Below, piece by piece: positions 8,156-17,398 of a stretch of 64,000 nucleotides of DNA (position 1 is its first letter; every line of letters starts with the position of its first letter). Made by a program: the position numbers and the translations under genes. Source of the stretch: Candidatus Latescibacterota bacterium (GTDB lineage: Bacteria > Latescibacterota > UBA2968 > GCA-2709665); contig OZ244937.1 of NCBI GenBank assembly GCA_965222075.1, positions 3,328,001 to 3,392,000 of the forward strand, written 5' to 3'. The notes under the pieces were generated by a model that was not told where the DNA came from, did no database searches, and was given only the letters and a program-made list of their open reading frames with translations.

Positions 8156-10435
8156 TTATCTTAGAACAAACACCTCCACAACCCACACCTCTCCCTGCTC
8201 CCGCGTCACCGCCACCCCCAGATGCGTCCACCTGGCATTCAGGATTTCCCTTCTCGTTTTCGCGCTCAACATGAGCTGTTCGTGCGCCTCCTCTATCGAG
8301 GGCGCGTGGGACTGATTCTGTGTGACGGATCTGAACCGGATGCCGTGCCTCGCCAGCCTGCGGTCCACCGTGCCGGTCACCGGAGATCGGGTGGAAAAAT
8401 ACCCCCTCGCCAGCATCTCCTGGAGGTGTTTTTGAGCAACCCTGGACAGCCTGACATCCTCCAGGAGCGGCTGCCGCCCCAGCCGCTGTCGCGCCCGGTT
8501 GATCAACCCGGCCAGAAGCCGTACGCCCGCCTCCGGCCCCGGAAACGGCGGGATCTCCAGGGTCGGCGCAGATAGAGGGGGCGGGTCCCCCACCTTCAAC
8601 ATCCGGTCCTCTGCGATCACAATCCTCAGCCCGCTCAACCCGACAAAACCCTGAAACCGATAGTACCCCGGCTCGTCGATCTTCAACCTACTCCTGAAGC
8701 GGCCGTCACGAATCCTGACGGAAACATCAACCACATCTCCGTCGGGAAGCAGGAAGACCTCAAATGACATGTTCCGGACACTGTCCGAAACCGCTCCGGA
8801 CAGGAGCGTCTCCACGCCCGGAGACAGATGGTCCGGCCCCTGCTCTATCGCCACCAGATCCTCCCGGACCGCCCCTCGATACCGGTAGGGATCGGCGAGG
8901 GTCTTGCGCCTGGTTCCGTCCGGAAGCGTCTCGACCCTGTTCCCGGCTGCATCGGACTGCACGCGCCGGCCGGCCGGGTACTCTTCCAGCCGGTTTCCCG
9001 CAGCGTCGGTCTGCACGCGCCGGCCGTCGGGGAATTCCTCCATCACCGTCCCACCCGCAGTGCGCACCACCCGCGAGCCGTCCGGCCGTCGGACCGTCTC
9101 CGAACCGTCCCGGTAGACCGTTCGACGGTCCCCTCCGGGAGAAATCTCAAGCATCTCCCCGGTCGGATTTCGCTGCACAAGCCTCCCGTCCGGAAATTTC
9201 TCGATTGTCCTCCCGTCCACCATCTGCGTAAACTGTCGGCCGTCCGGATACACCGTCACCCGGTGCCCCTCGGCGGTCACCGCAGCAACGCGCCCGTCCG
9301 GATAACGCGTCTCCCGTGCGCCCGCAGACGTCCTCACCTCCACCCTCCCGTCGGGGTGCCGCACGTGTCGGGCGCCGTCTGAAAAGGCGGTCTGCTCCAC
9401 CCCATCAGGAAGTACCGTCCGCACCGTCCCCGACGTGTCCCGGTGTACCCGCTTCCCATCCGTATAGACCGTCATCCTGTTTCCGGAGGCCATCTCCCAG
9501 ACCTCACGCCCGTCCGGATAACGCGTCTGCACGTTGTCCCACGCATCCCGGTACACCATCCGGCCGTCCGGATAGCGCGTCTCCCGTGTGCTGTCCGGGA
9601 ACTCGACCACCACCTTCCCATCCGGATATTTCGTCCGGTGTCTACCGTCCGAAAATGTCGTCCACTCCCGCCCGTCCGGGTAGCGCCGCTTCCGCATGCC
9701 CGGGCCGGGAAACGACCGGCTCTTAGGCGCCGGCCACACCCCCGCCTGCACCCGGAGGTACCCCTCCGGCGGCATCTTCGTATTGATCCCCGATCGGTAG
9801 GCCGACTTTTCGAACAGGCTGCGGTGGACCTCCACCGCGTCCTCCAGCATCTCCCGGTCTAAAACGGCTTCCCCCACATCCGGCAGCACCCTATCATACA
9901 CGTCGGGGTGCATGCGCAGATAGAGATAGTGGAACCGACCCGGCGACTCCTCTCCACCCTCCCGGGTCACCTCACCATCTCCGATCAGCACCGCAGACAT
10001 CACCCCCCGCTTTGTCCATCCCGGTACCACCACCCCCTCAGGCACCCCGTAGACCCTCCCCTTCCACGCCAGGAGGATATCCTTCACGGCCCGCACCGTA
10101 TCCAGAGACACCGCATATGTACGGAAGGGAACCACAATCCGGTCGCCCGGCATCACCCCGGACACCCGGTCCAGCGGCCACCGGGAGACGCGCGCATAAT
10201 CGCTGGTGTGCCGGGCCATACTGTCCCGCTGCGTCCGGTGCAGGCGCGCCCCCTCCACATCGGCCTCCGGCAGGTACCCCCCTGAAGCCCCCAGGTAGTC
10301 CTGCACGCCCCATCCGTGCCAAAACGCATAATCCCCGGGACGTTCCACCGCCCCCGACACCGTCACCACCTCCTCCCCCTGACATCCCACGAGGCCCAAC
10401 CCCGGAAGGATCACGATCAACGCCCAAAACCACAT
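8156..10435 (-). CDS. Lipoprotein: SLBB-like N-terminal domain, 9-aa (Y/F)PDG repeat region, C-terminal CAP/SCP domain
   Basis: Lipobox LVGC; VTVSGAVERPG (SLBB-like); 29 x 9-aa repeats; INRAR..LGR.PL, EM..RGYFS, IL...WTHLGVAV (CAP). Confidence 0.75.
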   Translation of the reverse strand: MWFWALIVILPGLGLVGCQGEEVVTVSGAVERPGDYAFWHGWGVQDYLGASGGYLPEADVEGARLHRTQRDSMARHTSDYARVSRWPLDRVSGVMPGDRIVVPFRTYAVSLDTVRAVKDILLAWKGRVYGVPEGVVVPGWTKRGVMSAVLIGDGEVTREGGEESPGRFHYLYLRMHPDVYDRVLPDVGEAVLDREMLEDAVEVHRSLFEKSAYRSGINTKMPPEGYLRVQAGVWPAPKSRSFPGPGMRKRRYPDGREWTTFSDGRHRTKYPDGKVVVEFPDSTRETRYPDGRMVYRDAWDNVQTRYPDGREVWEMASGNRMTVYTDGKRVHRDTSGTVRTVLPDGVEQTAFSDGARHVRHPDGRVEVRTSAGARETRYPDGRVAAVTAEGHRVTVYPDGRQFTQMVDGRTIEKFPDGRLVQRNPTGEMLEISPGGDRRTVYRDGSETVRRPDGSRVVRTAGGTVMEEFPDGRRVQTDAAGNRLEEYPAGRRVQSDAAGNRVETLPDGTRRKTLADPYRYRGAVREDLVAIEQGPDHLSPGVETLLSGAVSDSVRNMSFEVFLLPDGDVVDVSVRIRDGRFRSRLKIDEPGYYRFQGFVGLSGLRIVIAEDRMLKVGDPPPLSAPTLEIPPFPGPEAGVRLLAGLINRARQRLGRQPLLEDVRLSRVAQKHLQEMLARGYFSTRSPVTGTVDRRLARHGIRFRSVTQNQSHAPSIEEAHEQLMLSAKTRREILNARWTHLGVAVTREQGEVWVVEVFVLR

Positions 10436-10460
10436 AAGAACCTCCGGTGTGGGGTGAGGG

Positions 10461-13400
10461 CTACACGACAATCCTCACGCGATCCCCTACCCCTGTTGAA
10501 AACACCTCAAACGTCTCCCCGACGACCTGCGAAAAATCAAACGCCTGCTTCACCACAAACAGCGCACGGCCTCTCATCTCCCGAATCGTAAACACCCGGT
10601 CACCTACACAAAGCCTGCATCCGCCGTATGCACCTCCCTTCGGATGATCCACATCGCTCTCGAACCTGGATCGCTTCCCCGAAGCCACCTCTCCTTTCCC
10701 CCTGACAAATCGGGGCATATCCGCCAGGAAAACCCGGCTGCCATCGCCCTCCTGCTTGATTCGCTTCGCTTCACCAGATACACCGTCTCCAGCCCCGACG
10801 GATGTTGCACATAAATCACCTTCCCATCCAGCGATCCATCCTCCGGCAGCCGCACATCCACAACCAGCTCACTCCGGCCCGGCTGGCCGGTAATATCTCC
10901 CACCAGATCCGTCACCGTTCCCTTGTAGTCCCTAACTTGCTCGAAAACCGCCTCATCCACGCGCAGCCGTGAACCGTCCATCACCTCCAGATCTGTCTCA
11001 CCACCCGCCTCGGTCATCACACCCACACGTCCCTCCAGCTCAAAACGCCGTCCATCCGGCAACATCGTCACAAACCCCTCTCCCTCCGGATCGATCCCGA
11101 TTGTCCGCACCCGGTCCCGGTCCGTCACCTGCAGAACAACCCCCGAACCCGCCTGCGCCACCAGCTTTGCTTCCCGAACAAATCCCCCACCCCGGTGCGC
11201 CTCAATCACCGACACAAACCGGCTCCTGCCGCCTCGGCCTCGCAAACAGACCACCGGAAACCAGAAATCATTCAGCCTGCCGTCATCTTCCTGCGTCCGA
11301 CGGATCGACGGTCCATCGCTCACCAGCAATCGCCCCTCTTCAACGCCCAGCAACCGCACATCCACCTGTGTGCCCTCACCCCCAAACCGCACCTTGAAAT
11401 CTCCGGACACATCCGCTGCCTGCGTCCGTTTCAAATACCCGTAAAGCGCCCCGTCGGTCCCATCTCCGCTTAAAATCATCTCCTCTTCCGCCGGGCGCAA
11501 CTCCTTCTCCACGCTGAGCGTCTGGTCAAAATCCGCCGACCCGTGCAGCAGATAATCGTGCACCTCGCCACCCCGGACTTCAAACACATCCACCACATAC
11601 CCGCTATCCGCGCCCGTTGGAACCAGCATCATCGTTCGCCGATAAACCGTCGTATTCTCAAACGCCCCCGGCGCCTCCGCGCAAACCATCCCCACATTCG
11701 TCTTCGACGCCGGGCGATAACACCGCAGCCGTCCCCCGGCTCTTGTCTGCTCCTGCCCGTCCACCACAACCGTATTGTGGCTGCCCACCGTCGTCGCCCA
11801 TTCGCGGTAATGCGTATGTGTATAACCGATATCCGAAAGCAGCTCCTGTCCGAACACATCCAATCCCATCGCCAGCGTATCATAATGGTGGTGCCCACCC
11901 CACGGACCGTAACACAACGTTGCCCGAACCGCCTCCCTGGACCGTCCCACACCCAGAATCACATCGCCCGCCCCCGGCAACAGATAATTCTCCGGAACCA
12001 GCGGCAGCAAATCATCCTCCGTGACACGCCGGTCCGCCTCGGACGACCGCCGGAACAGCGCGTATTCCACGTCCACCACAGGAATCCGGGATTCTCCTTC
12101 CATCTCATCCGCTGCTTCCACAAATCTGCCCATGGATGCAATCCGACTCGACAGGCGGCTGACGCGTGTGCTCACCGCCCAGGTGTCATTCGCCATAAAG
12201 GCGCGTCCATCCGGCATAAACAGCCCCACCGGCGCCGTATAGATCCGTTGCAGAAACGGCATCTCCCCGTACACATCGATCCCACCTGGTCCACTCAGCA
12301 CATCCGGCACCCTCAGAGTCCCTCCTGTGATCATATTGAAATAATTGAGTGTATCCTCGTGCCAGTACCCGTCGTACCCATAACAATTATCGATCAGCGT
12401 CCGATAACGCCTGTACGATTTCGCCACAAAATCCGGCTCGCGCAGAACACGTCCCACAAGCCCCAACCCCATAATCCGTCCGCCGTCGTAATTGGTAGAT
12501 CCGTGCGGAATCTCCAGCGTATGCCGAATCGCCTCATACAACAGGTCCCGTTCAATGGCCTTACGCACATCCCGTCCCACCGCCTCGGACAGCTTCTCAA
12601 TCGCCCGGCTATCCGATATCAAATCGTAAACCTGGGCCATCCAAAACGCGTTGTATGCATCTGAAAACGGGCTGGCGTGAAAATTGCCCATCCTGGCAGA
12701 CACAAAAGGAAAAGGCGGATCCTTATAAAAATGGTTCTCATAGAATCCCCTCCGGTCCGCATTTTGATAGGACACACCCAGTCCGTGCACAGGGTAGTTC
12801 TTGTAAACCTCCGACAACCGATCCAGAATCACCGCTGCCTTTTGTGCGTACGCTTCCTCTCCGGTAAGCACGTAAGCAATGGCCAGGGGATCCGCCATCC
12901 GGACCACACGGTACTGCGTGTAGTTCAACAGCATATTCTCAAAAAAATACCGCATCCCCTCTTCATCCTCCCAATACCGATATCGGACCGCCTTGCCCGC
13001 CGGACCCACCACCTCAATCTCTCCCACCGGCTCATGCTCCGGTCCCGGGAAATCACTCCCGCAGATCCTGCACTTGACGTGCTCCGGATCATCCGGCGAC
13101 CAGCCCCAGAAATTAACCCGCCAGCTCCTCTTCCGCCGGTCCACCGGACAGCGCGGCAGAGGAAAGTTCACCTGCTCGGAAATCCCCGCCCGAATCGCCT
13201 CATCCGGCATCTCCAGAACCTTCCGCCGGACAATCCAGCGCAACTGCCCGTCCCGAAACCGCCTCGCCCAGTCATACGACGCCACCCGCTGCTTCGCCCG
13301 CTCAATCTGCTCCGGGGTATAAAAGATCGGATGCGCCACCCCTCTTGGAAACGGCCTTTCACCTTCCCAGTACCTTTTTTCTCTTGAACAATCGATTCGT

Positions 13401-13513
13401 TCGATCCCCATATCGCCTCTCCATAAAGTCGAATCGCATCCCGCCGCCAGGACCAGAGTGCCCAGTCCGGCCTCGCGCAGAAATTTCCGTCTCGTCAGAT
13501 ATCTCTCAGACAT
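10461..13513 (-). pseudogene. Tat-exported heparinase II/III-like lyase, frameshifted near the C-terminus
   Basis: TRRKFL Tat motif plus LAAGC lipobox; GHHHYD.L, SDIGY, SHNTVVVD; a 5-bp duplication at ~10760-10770 shifts the frame, and removing it joins the 10461-10718 ORF. Confidence 0.7.
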
Positions 13514-13781
13514 CGTGTACACTCGCACCGGACTGCCGCACCGGCGCCGTCCCGTACATCAACCGACCCACCGATTCCATGGCCCTCTCCGCGCGGAAGC
13601 GTATCCCGTATCAATCCCCAGCGGCACACCCTTCAATACAAATATACCACGCCCAGAGACCGGAGTCCAGACACTCTTGAAAGGCAGTTCCTATCGGTGA
13701 GGTTGCGGATGAGGGAGGACGCCCGGGACTGAGCGACAAGGCCCCCCCACCGGCGCCCCTAACTTGCCGACTCCCCCGGTT

Positions 13782-14030
13782 TGGTGCGGGGTGAAGGGGC
13801 TTTTCCGCGCGGTTCCGTTCACCGCCTTCGCCCAGAAACGCCCCAAAGGTCCGCAGGGCAGAAGCTTCCGTTTCCACCCCAGGGGCTATTCGCGGAAAAG
13901 CAGCCCCCGCGGCGTCTGAGCGGCCTGCCTGCAGCGCGGTGCGCCGCGCCTGCCTGTGCGTCGCACGCAGACAGGCAGGCAGGCGCCCTTCTTTTTCGGC
14001 CTTTTTCTTGGGCGAGCAAGAAAAAGGCCA
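13782..14030 (+). repeat. Dispersed non-coding repeat element (MITE/REP composite), copy 1, with nested palindromic insertion
   Basis: Shares blocks GGTGCGGG.TGAAGGGGCTTTTCCGCGCGGTTCC, TTCGCGGAAAAGCAGC and GCGCCCTTCTTTTT.GGCCTTTTTCTTGGGCG.GCAAGAAAAAGGCC with 28717-28900. Confidence 0.8.
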
Positions 14031-14139
14031 AGACCAAAAGACAGTTGGACCCGGGTATCTACCGAAAGGTTATTTTCCAAGTAGCAGCTTCTTACGGCCA
14101 GCGCCAGGTTTTCAGAAAGAGGAAAAATAAAATTTCCAC

Positions 14140-14181
14140 TTGACTTGTCCTAATAAATTCGTTATACTCCTAATAAATTAG
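14140..14181 (+). promoter_or_regulatory. Sigma70 promoter with overlapping putative BlaI operators
   Basis: TTGACT (14140) - 17 bp - TATACT (14163); direct repeat TCCTAATAAATT at 14148 and 14168; dyad CTAAT-AA-ATTAG at 14170-14181. Confidence 0.8.
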
Positions 14182-14209
14182 TAGAATCAAAAAATACAAG
14201 GAGCGTCCC

Positions 14210-14599
14210 ATGGCGAAGAAGCAACGACTGGCCGAAGCCGAGTGGGAAGTGATGGACGGCGTCTGGCAAATCAACCGGCAGGTGACCGTGCGCGACGTAG
14301 TGGATCACCTGTATCCCAACGGCGAGAAGGCCTATACGACGGTGCAGACGATTATGAATATCCTGTTTGAAAAGGGAGTGCTGGATCGTGAGAAAATCGG
14401 TCCGGTGAATGTGTACAGGCCGACCGTGTCGCGGAAAGACGTGGCACAGGCCGAGACGCGAACCCTGGTGTCGCGCATGTTTGAAGGTTCTTTTGGGGCC
14501 CTGGCAACGTATCTCGTGGATTCGGGAGCGCTTTCGCAGAAAGAACTGGATGAATTGCGCGCGCTGATTGAGGCGAGGGAAAAAGGAGGCGCGCCATGA
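14210..14599 (+). CDS. BlaI/MecI/CopY family transcriptional repressor
   Basis: LAEAEWEVM..VW, AYTTVQTIM..L..KG, F.GS...LA..LV, LS..EL..L. Confidence 0.92.
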   Translation: MAKKQRLAEAEWEVMDGVWQINRQVTVRDVVDHLYPNGEKAYTTVQTIMNILFEKGVLDREKIGPVNVYRPTVSRKDVAQAETRTLVSRMFEGSFGALATYLVDSGALSQKELDELRALIEAREKGGAP

Positions 14600-16575
14600 A
14601 TGCGTTGATCCGTCTGGCCGAAGCGTGGTGGCCGCTCTATGCGGTGCATATTGTCGAAGTGTCGCTGTTCATTCTGCTGGTGTGGGCCGTGGACCGCTGG
14701 ATGACATTGGACACGCGATTGAGATATGTCCTCTATCTGCTGGCATTGGTGAAGGCGTTTGTGCCGCCCTTTTACGCCATTCCGCTCCCCGGGTTTTTAA
14801 CGTCTTCACCCGACGTTATGCTGAGTGAACCCGTTTATTCTGACGTGGTTTCTGAAGCTGGGGCCGTTGCTCCCGTGCAAGTTGCGACCCTTCCCCTCGC
14901 ATTTTACCTGTTCTGCCTGTGGGTGGCTTCGGCTCTGGTATGGACAGGTGTGACCTTGTGGAAAAACGCGGCCTTTCACCGCGCGCTCAATATGGCAACA
15001 CCCGTTGATCTGACGCGCAAACTGGAATCGCTGAACGAAGCGCGGGATCTGAAGGTTTATGCCAAAGCCGGTCTGCGTTCTCCGCTATTGGTCGGCCTGG
15101 TAAAACCGAGATTGTATTTGCCGACACAGTGGTCATCCTGGTCGCCCGAGCAGCTGCGGGGCGTTGTTGCACACGAATTGGCGCATCGCGACAACCGCGA
15201 TATGTACGCGCTGATTCTTCAGACCATTGCAATGGCTCTGTTTGGCCTGAACCCGCTGATCTGGCTGGTGAATCGGAAGTTGATCTACCTGCGTGAATTG
15301 CGCTGTGACGAAGCGGTGTTGCGCGAGACGAATCTGACACCTGCCGAATACGGACACCTGTTGTTGGGATTTGTCGACAGGCGACCCGCTCTGAGTGCCC
15401 TGACCCTGTATTTCAACGAGCGCGGAACCGCGCTGAAGGAACGTCTCAAGCACATACTCAATTTCAAGGAGGGCAATGTGAAATGGTCCAAACAGCAGTT
15501 GGCAATTCCCATTCTCATCGGCCTGGCGATTGTGCCCTTCTCAATTCGGGAAGCATATACACAGCCGCCCCAAATAGCCCCAAAAAGGGAGCCAATGCCT
15601 GCGTCTGGCGATGCTGACAGTAGTGAGGCCCTCGTCCTCGAACTTTTTGCGAGGGAGAATTTGGAAGGCAAAGTATTCTTGAAGCTTAAGGCCAACGCTG
15701 ACAGTAGTGAGGCCCTCGTCCTCGAACTTATTTTGGATGGCTGGGTGAGCGATGTGGATGAGAATGTTCTGAAAGAGCGGGTGGCGATATTCAAAGAGGC
15801 GGCCATTGAGGCCATATCGCAACTTCGGTTCAAACCTGCCGAACACAATGTTAAAGTTGGGCCCGTGCAGATGACGCAGGTGATTAGGTTTCCATTATCC
15901 AAACAACAGGCCGCGCCGTCTGACTCAGGCGATGCCGGCGGTGGTAAGGTCTTCGAAGTTTTCAAGGTCGAAACGAAGCCCAAACGCCTGAACTCTGTTA
16001 AGCCTGTGTATCCCGATAGCGCTCGAACAGCGGGGCTGACTGGCAAAGTGTTCTTGAGGTTTAAGGTCAACGTGGATGGGTCCGTGAGCGATGTGAAGGT
16101 TTTGAGAGGGCAGACGATATTCAAAGAGGCGGCCATAGACGCAATATCGCAATACCGGTTCAAACCTGCCGAACACAAGGGCAAAGTTGTACCCGTGTGG
16201 ATAGCACAGGTGATTAACTTTCAATTACCCAAACAACAGGCCGCGCCGTCTGACCCAGGCGATGCTGGCGATGGTAAGGTCTTCGAATTTTGGAAGGTCG
16301 ACGTCAAGCCCGTTGTCACGCATAAGGTTCGACCAGTGTATCCCGATAGCGCTCGAACAGCGGGGCTGACTGGCAAAGTGTTCTTGAGGTTTAAGGTCAA
16401 CGTGGATGGGTCGGTGAGCGACGTGAGTGTTTTGGAAGGGGAAGGGCCAGCGATATTTCAAAAGGCGGCCATTGAGGCGGTATCGCAATGGCGGTTCAAA
16501 CCTGCCCAACACAAGGGCAAAATTGTGCCCGTGTGGATGACGCTGCCGATTTACTTTCGATTACCCAGGGAATAG
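14596..16575 (+). CDS. BlaR1-type M56 peptidase fused to tandem TonB C-terminal domains
   Basis: ATGA overlap with blaI; HELAH, NPL.W, RE..CD, LKERL; repeats of PVYP..AR.AG..GKV.L.F.V..DG.V..V...A..A..Q.RF.PA. Confidence 0.9.
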   Translation: MNALIRLAEAWWPLYAVHIVEVSLFILLVWAVDRWMTLDTRLRYVLYLLALVKAFVPPFYAIPLPGFLTSSPDVMLSEPVYSDVVSEAGAVAPVQVATLPLAFYLFCLWVASALVWTGVTLWKNAAFHRALNMATPVDLTRKLESLNEARDLKVYAKAGLRSPLLVGLVKPRLYLPTQWSSWSPEQLRGVVAHELAHRDNRDMYALILQTIAMALFGLNPLIWLVNRKLIYLRELRCDEAVLRETNLTPAEYGHLLLGFVDRRPALSALTLYFNERGTALKERLKHILNFKEGNVKWSKQQLAIPILIGLAIVPFSIREAYTQPPQIAPKREPMPASGDADSSEALVLELFARENLEGKVFLKLKANADSSEALVLELILDGWVSDVDENVLKERVAIFKEAAIEAISQLRFKPAEHNVKVGPVQMTQVIRFPLSKQQAAPSDSGDAGGGKVFEVFKVETKPKRLNSVKPVYPDSARTAGLTGKVFLRFKVNVDGSVSDVKVLRGQTIFKEAAIDAISQYRFKPAEHKGKVVPVWIAQVINFQLPKQQAAPSDPGDAGDGKVFEFWKVDVKPVVTHKVRPVYPDSARTAGLTGKVFLRFKVNVDGSVSDVSVLEGEGPAIFQKAAIEAVSQWRFKPAQHKGKIVPVWMTLPIYFRLPRE

Positions 16576-16621
16576 ATCTCTCCATTGTTGAAGCAAAGCA
16601 CCGAAATGGCTTCAAAGTAAT

Positions 16622-16651
16622 GAACCCCCGAAACCCATCTTTCGGGGGTTC
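16622..16651. terminator. Hairpin between convergent genes
   Basis: GAACCCCCGAAA/TTTCGGGGGTTC 12-bp stem; a second weaker hairpin lies at ~16673-16703. Confidence 0.6.
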
Positions 16652-16728
16652 TGTTCGCCATGCTCAATTGTAAAGCCCGGCAGATTGGATTTCTACCGGG
16701 CCTTTACTTTTCATTTGTTACCATGCGG

Positions 16729-17175
16729 TCAAATGTCGCCAAGCGCCTCCAGGTCGGCGAGATCTTTCTGGCGCCCCGTCGAGCGCTTATTCTGCACCAA
16801 TTGCCGGCGGCCAATAAAAAAAACGGAAACATCGCCGTAAACACCCCGCTCTTTGTTGGTATCTGCTTCCTCCCAGGAAACACCCGTGATTGAGGTCACC
16901 AGATCCACCCGCACAGGAGGGTGTCCAAGCTGGATAACCCTGTCCGGAGCCACGAAATCTACCAGCGTCAGTCCCAAATCTCCAAAACCAAAGGCAGAAA
17001 ATGCGTCCAGAATACGCTGGGCATTCTCCGGATCCGGAGAAATCAGAACATCCAGATCTCCAGTGTAGCGAGGTGCGCCGTGGTGCGCAAGAGCATAAGC
17101 CCCTACGATCACGTAGGACACCTTATGGGCGTTGAACAAGGTGAGCAACGCTTTGAAGTCTTGCTGCGCTTCCAT
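16729..17175 (-). CDS. Minimal nucleotidyltransferase-like protein
   Basis: IVGAYAL..HG.PR.T.DLD and C-terminal K...GR.KD.AD motifs. Confidence 0.8.
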   Translation of the reverse strand: MEAQQDFKALLTLFNAHKVSYVIVGAYALAHHGAPRYTGDLDVLISPDPENAQRILDAFSAFGFGDLGLTLVDFVAPDRVIQLGHPPVRVDLVTSITGVSWEEADTNKERGVYGDVSVFFIGRRQLVQNKRSTGRQKDLADLEALGDI

Positions 17176-17323
17176 GCGCTTGTCGCCTGAGGTACTCTAC
17201 AGCCAGGATTCGCTCTTTGGGTGGCCGGCTCAACCAGTATGCCAGATCCTCTTTCTCTTGAGAAAATGTTCTCAAGTCTCGTTTTTGAACAACCTTCTCA
17301 ATCAACGACTGCCTCCCTGCCAA
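17123..17323 (-). CDS. Small hypothetical partner protein upstream of the nucleotidyltransferase
   Basis: DL.YWLSR.P.ER..AVE.LR motif; overlaps the downstream gene; start uncertain. Confidence 0.65.
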   Translation of the reverse strand: MAGRQSLIEKVVQKRDLRTFSQEKEDLAYWLSRPPKERILAVEYLRRQAHGSAARLQSVAHLVQRP

Positions 17324-17398
17324 AAATCGGAATCCGCGTAAAAACAGTGAACCATCCCTGAACGGGAAAACCTGGTTAAATATAACCCAATTTCCCCA

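Noticed and set aside
8906-9688. CRISPR-like or DGR-like periodic DNA
   Set aside because: The periodicity is 27-nt protein-coding repetition; there are no constant repeats with unique spacers, no cas genes and no reverse transcriptase
13611-14143. Small ORFs across the repeat element (also 28550-28977)
   Set aside because: They are translations of the non-coding repeat and lack RBS and codon bias
15900-16560. Template/variable repeat pair of a diversity-generating retroelement
   Set aside because: Both copies are in-frame TonB-C domains, the differences are not adenine-specific, and no RT is present
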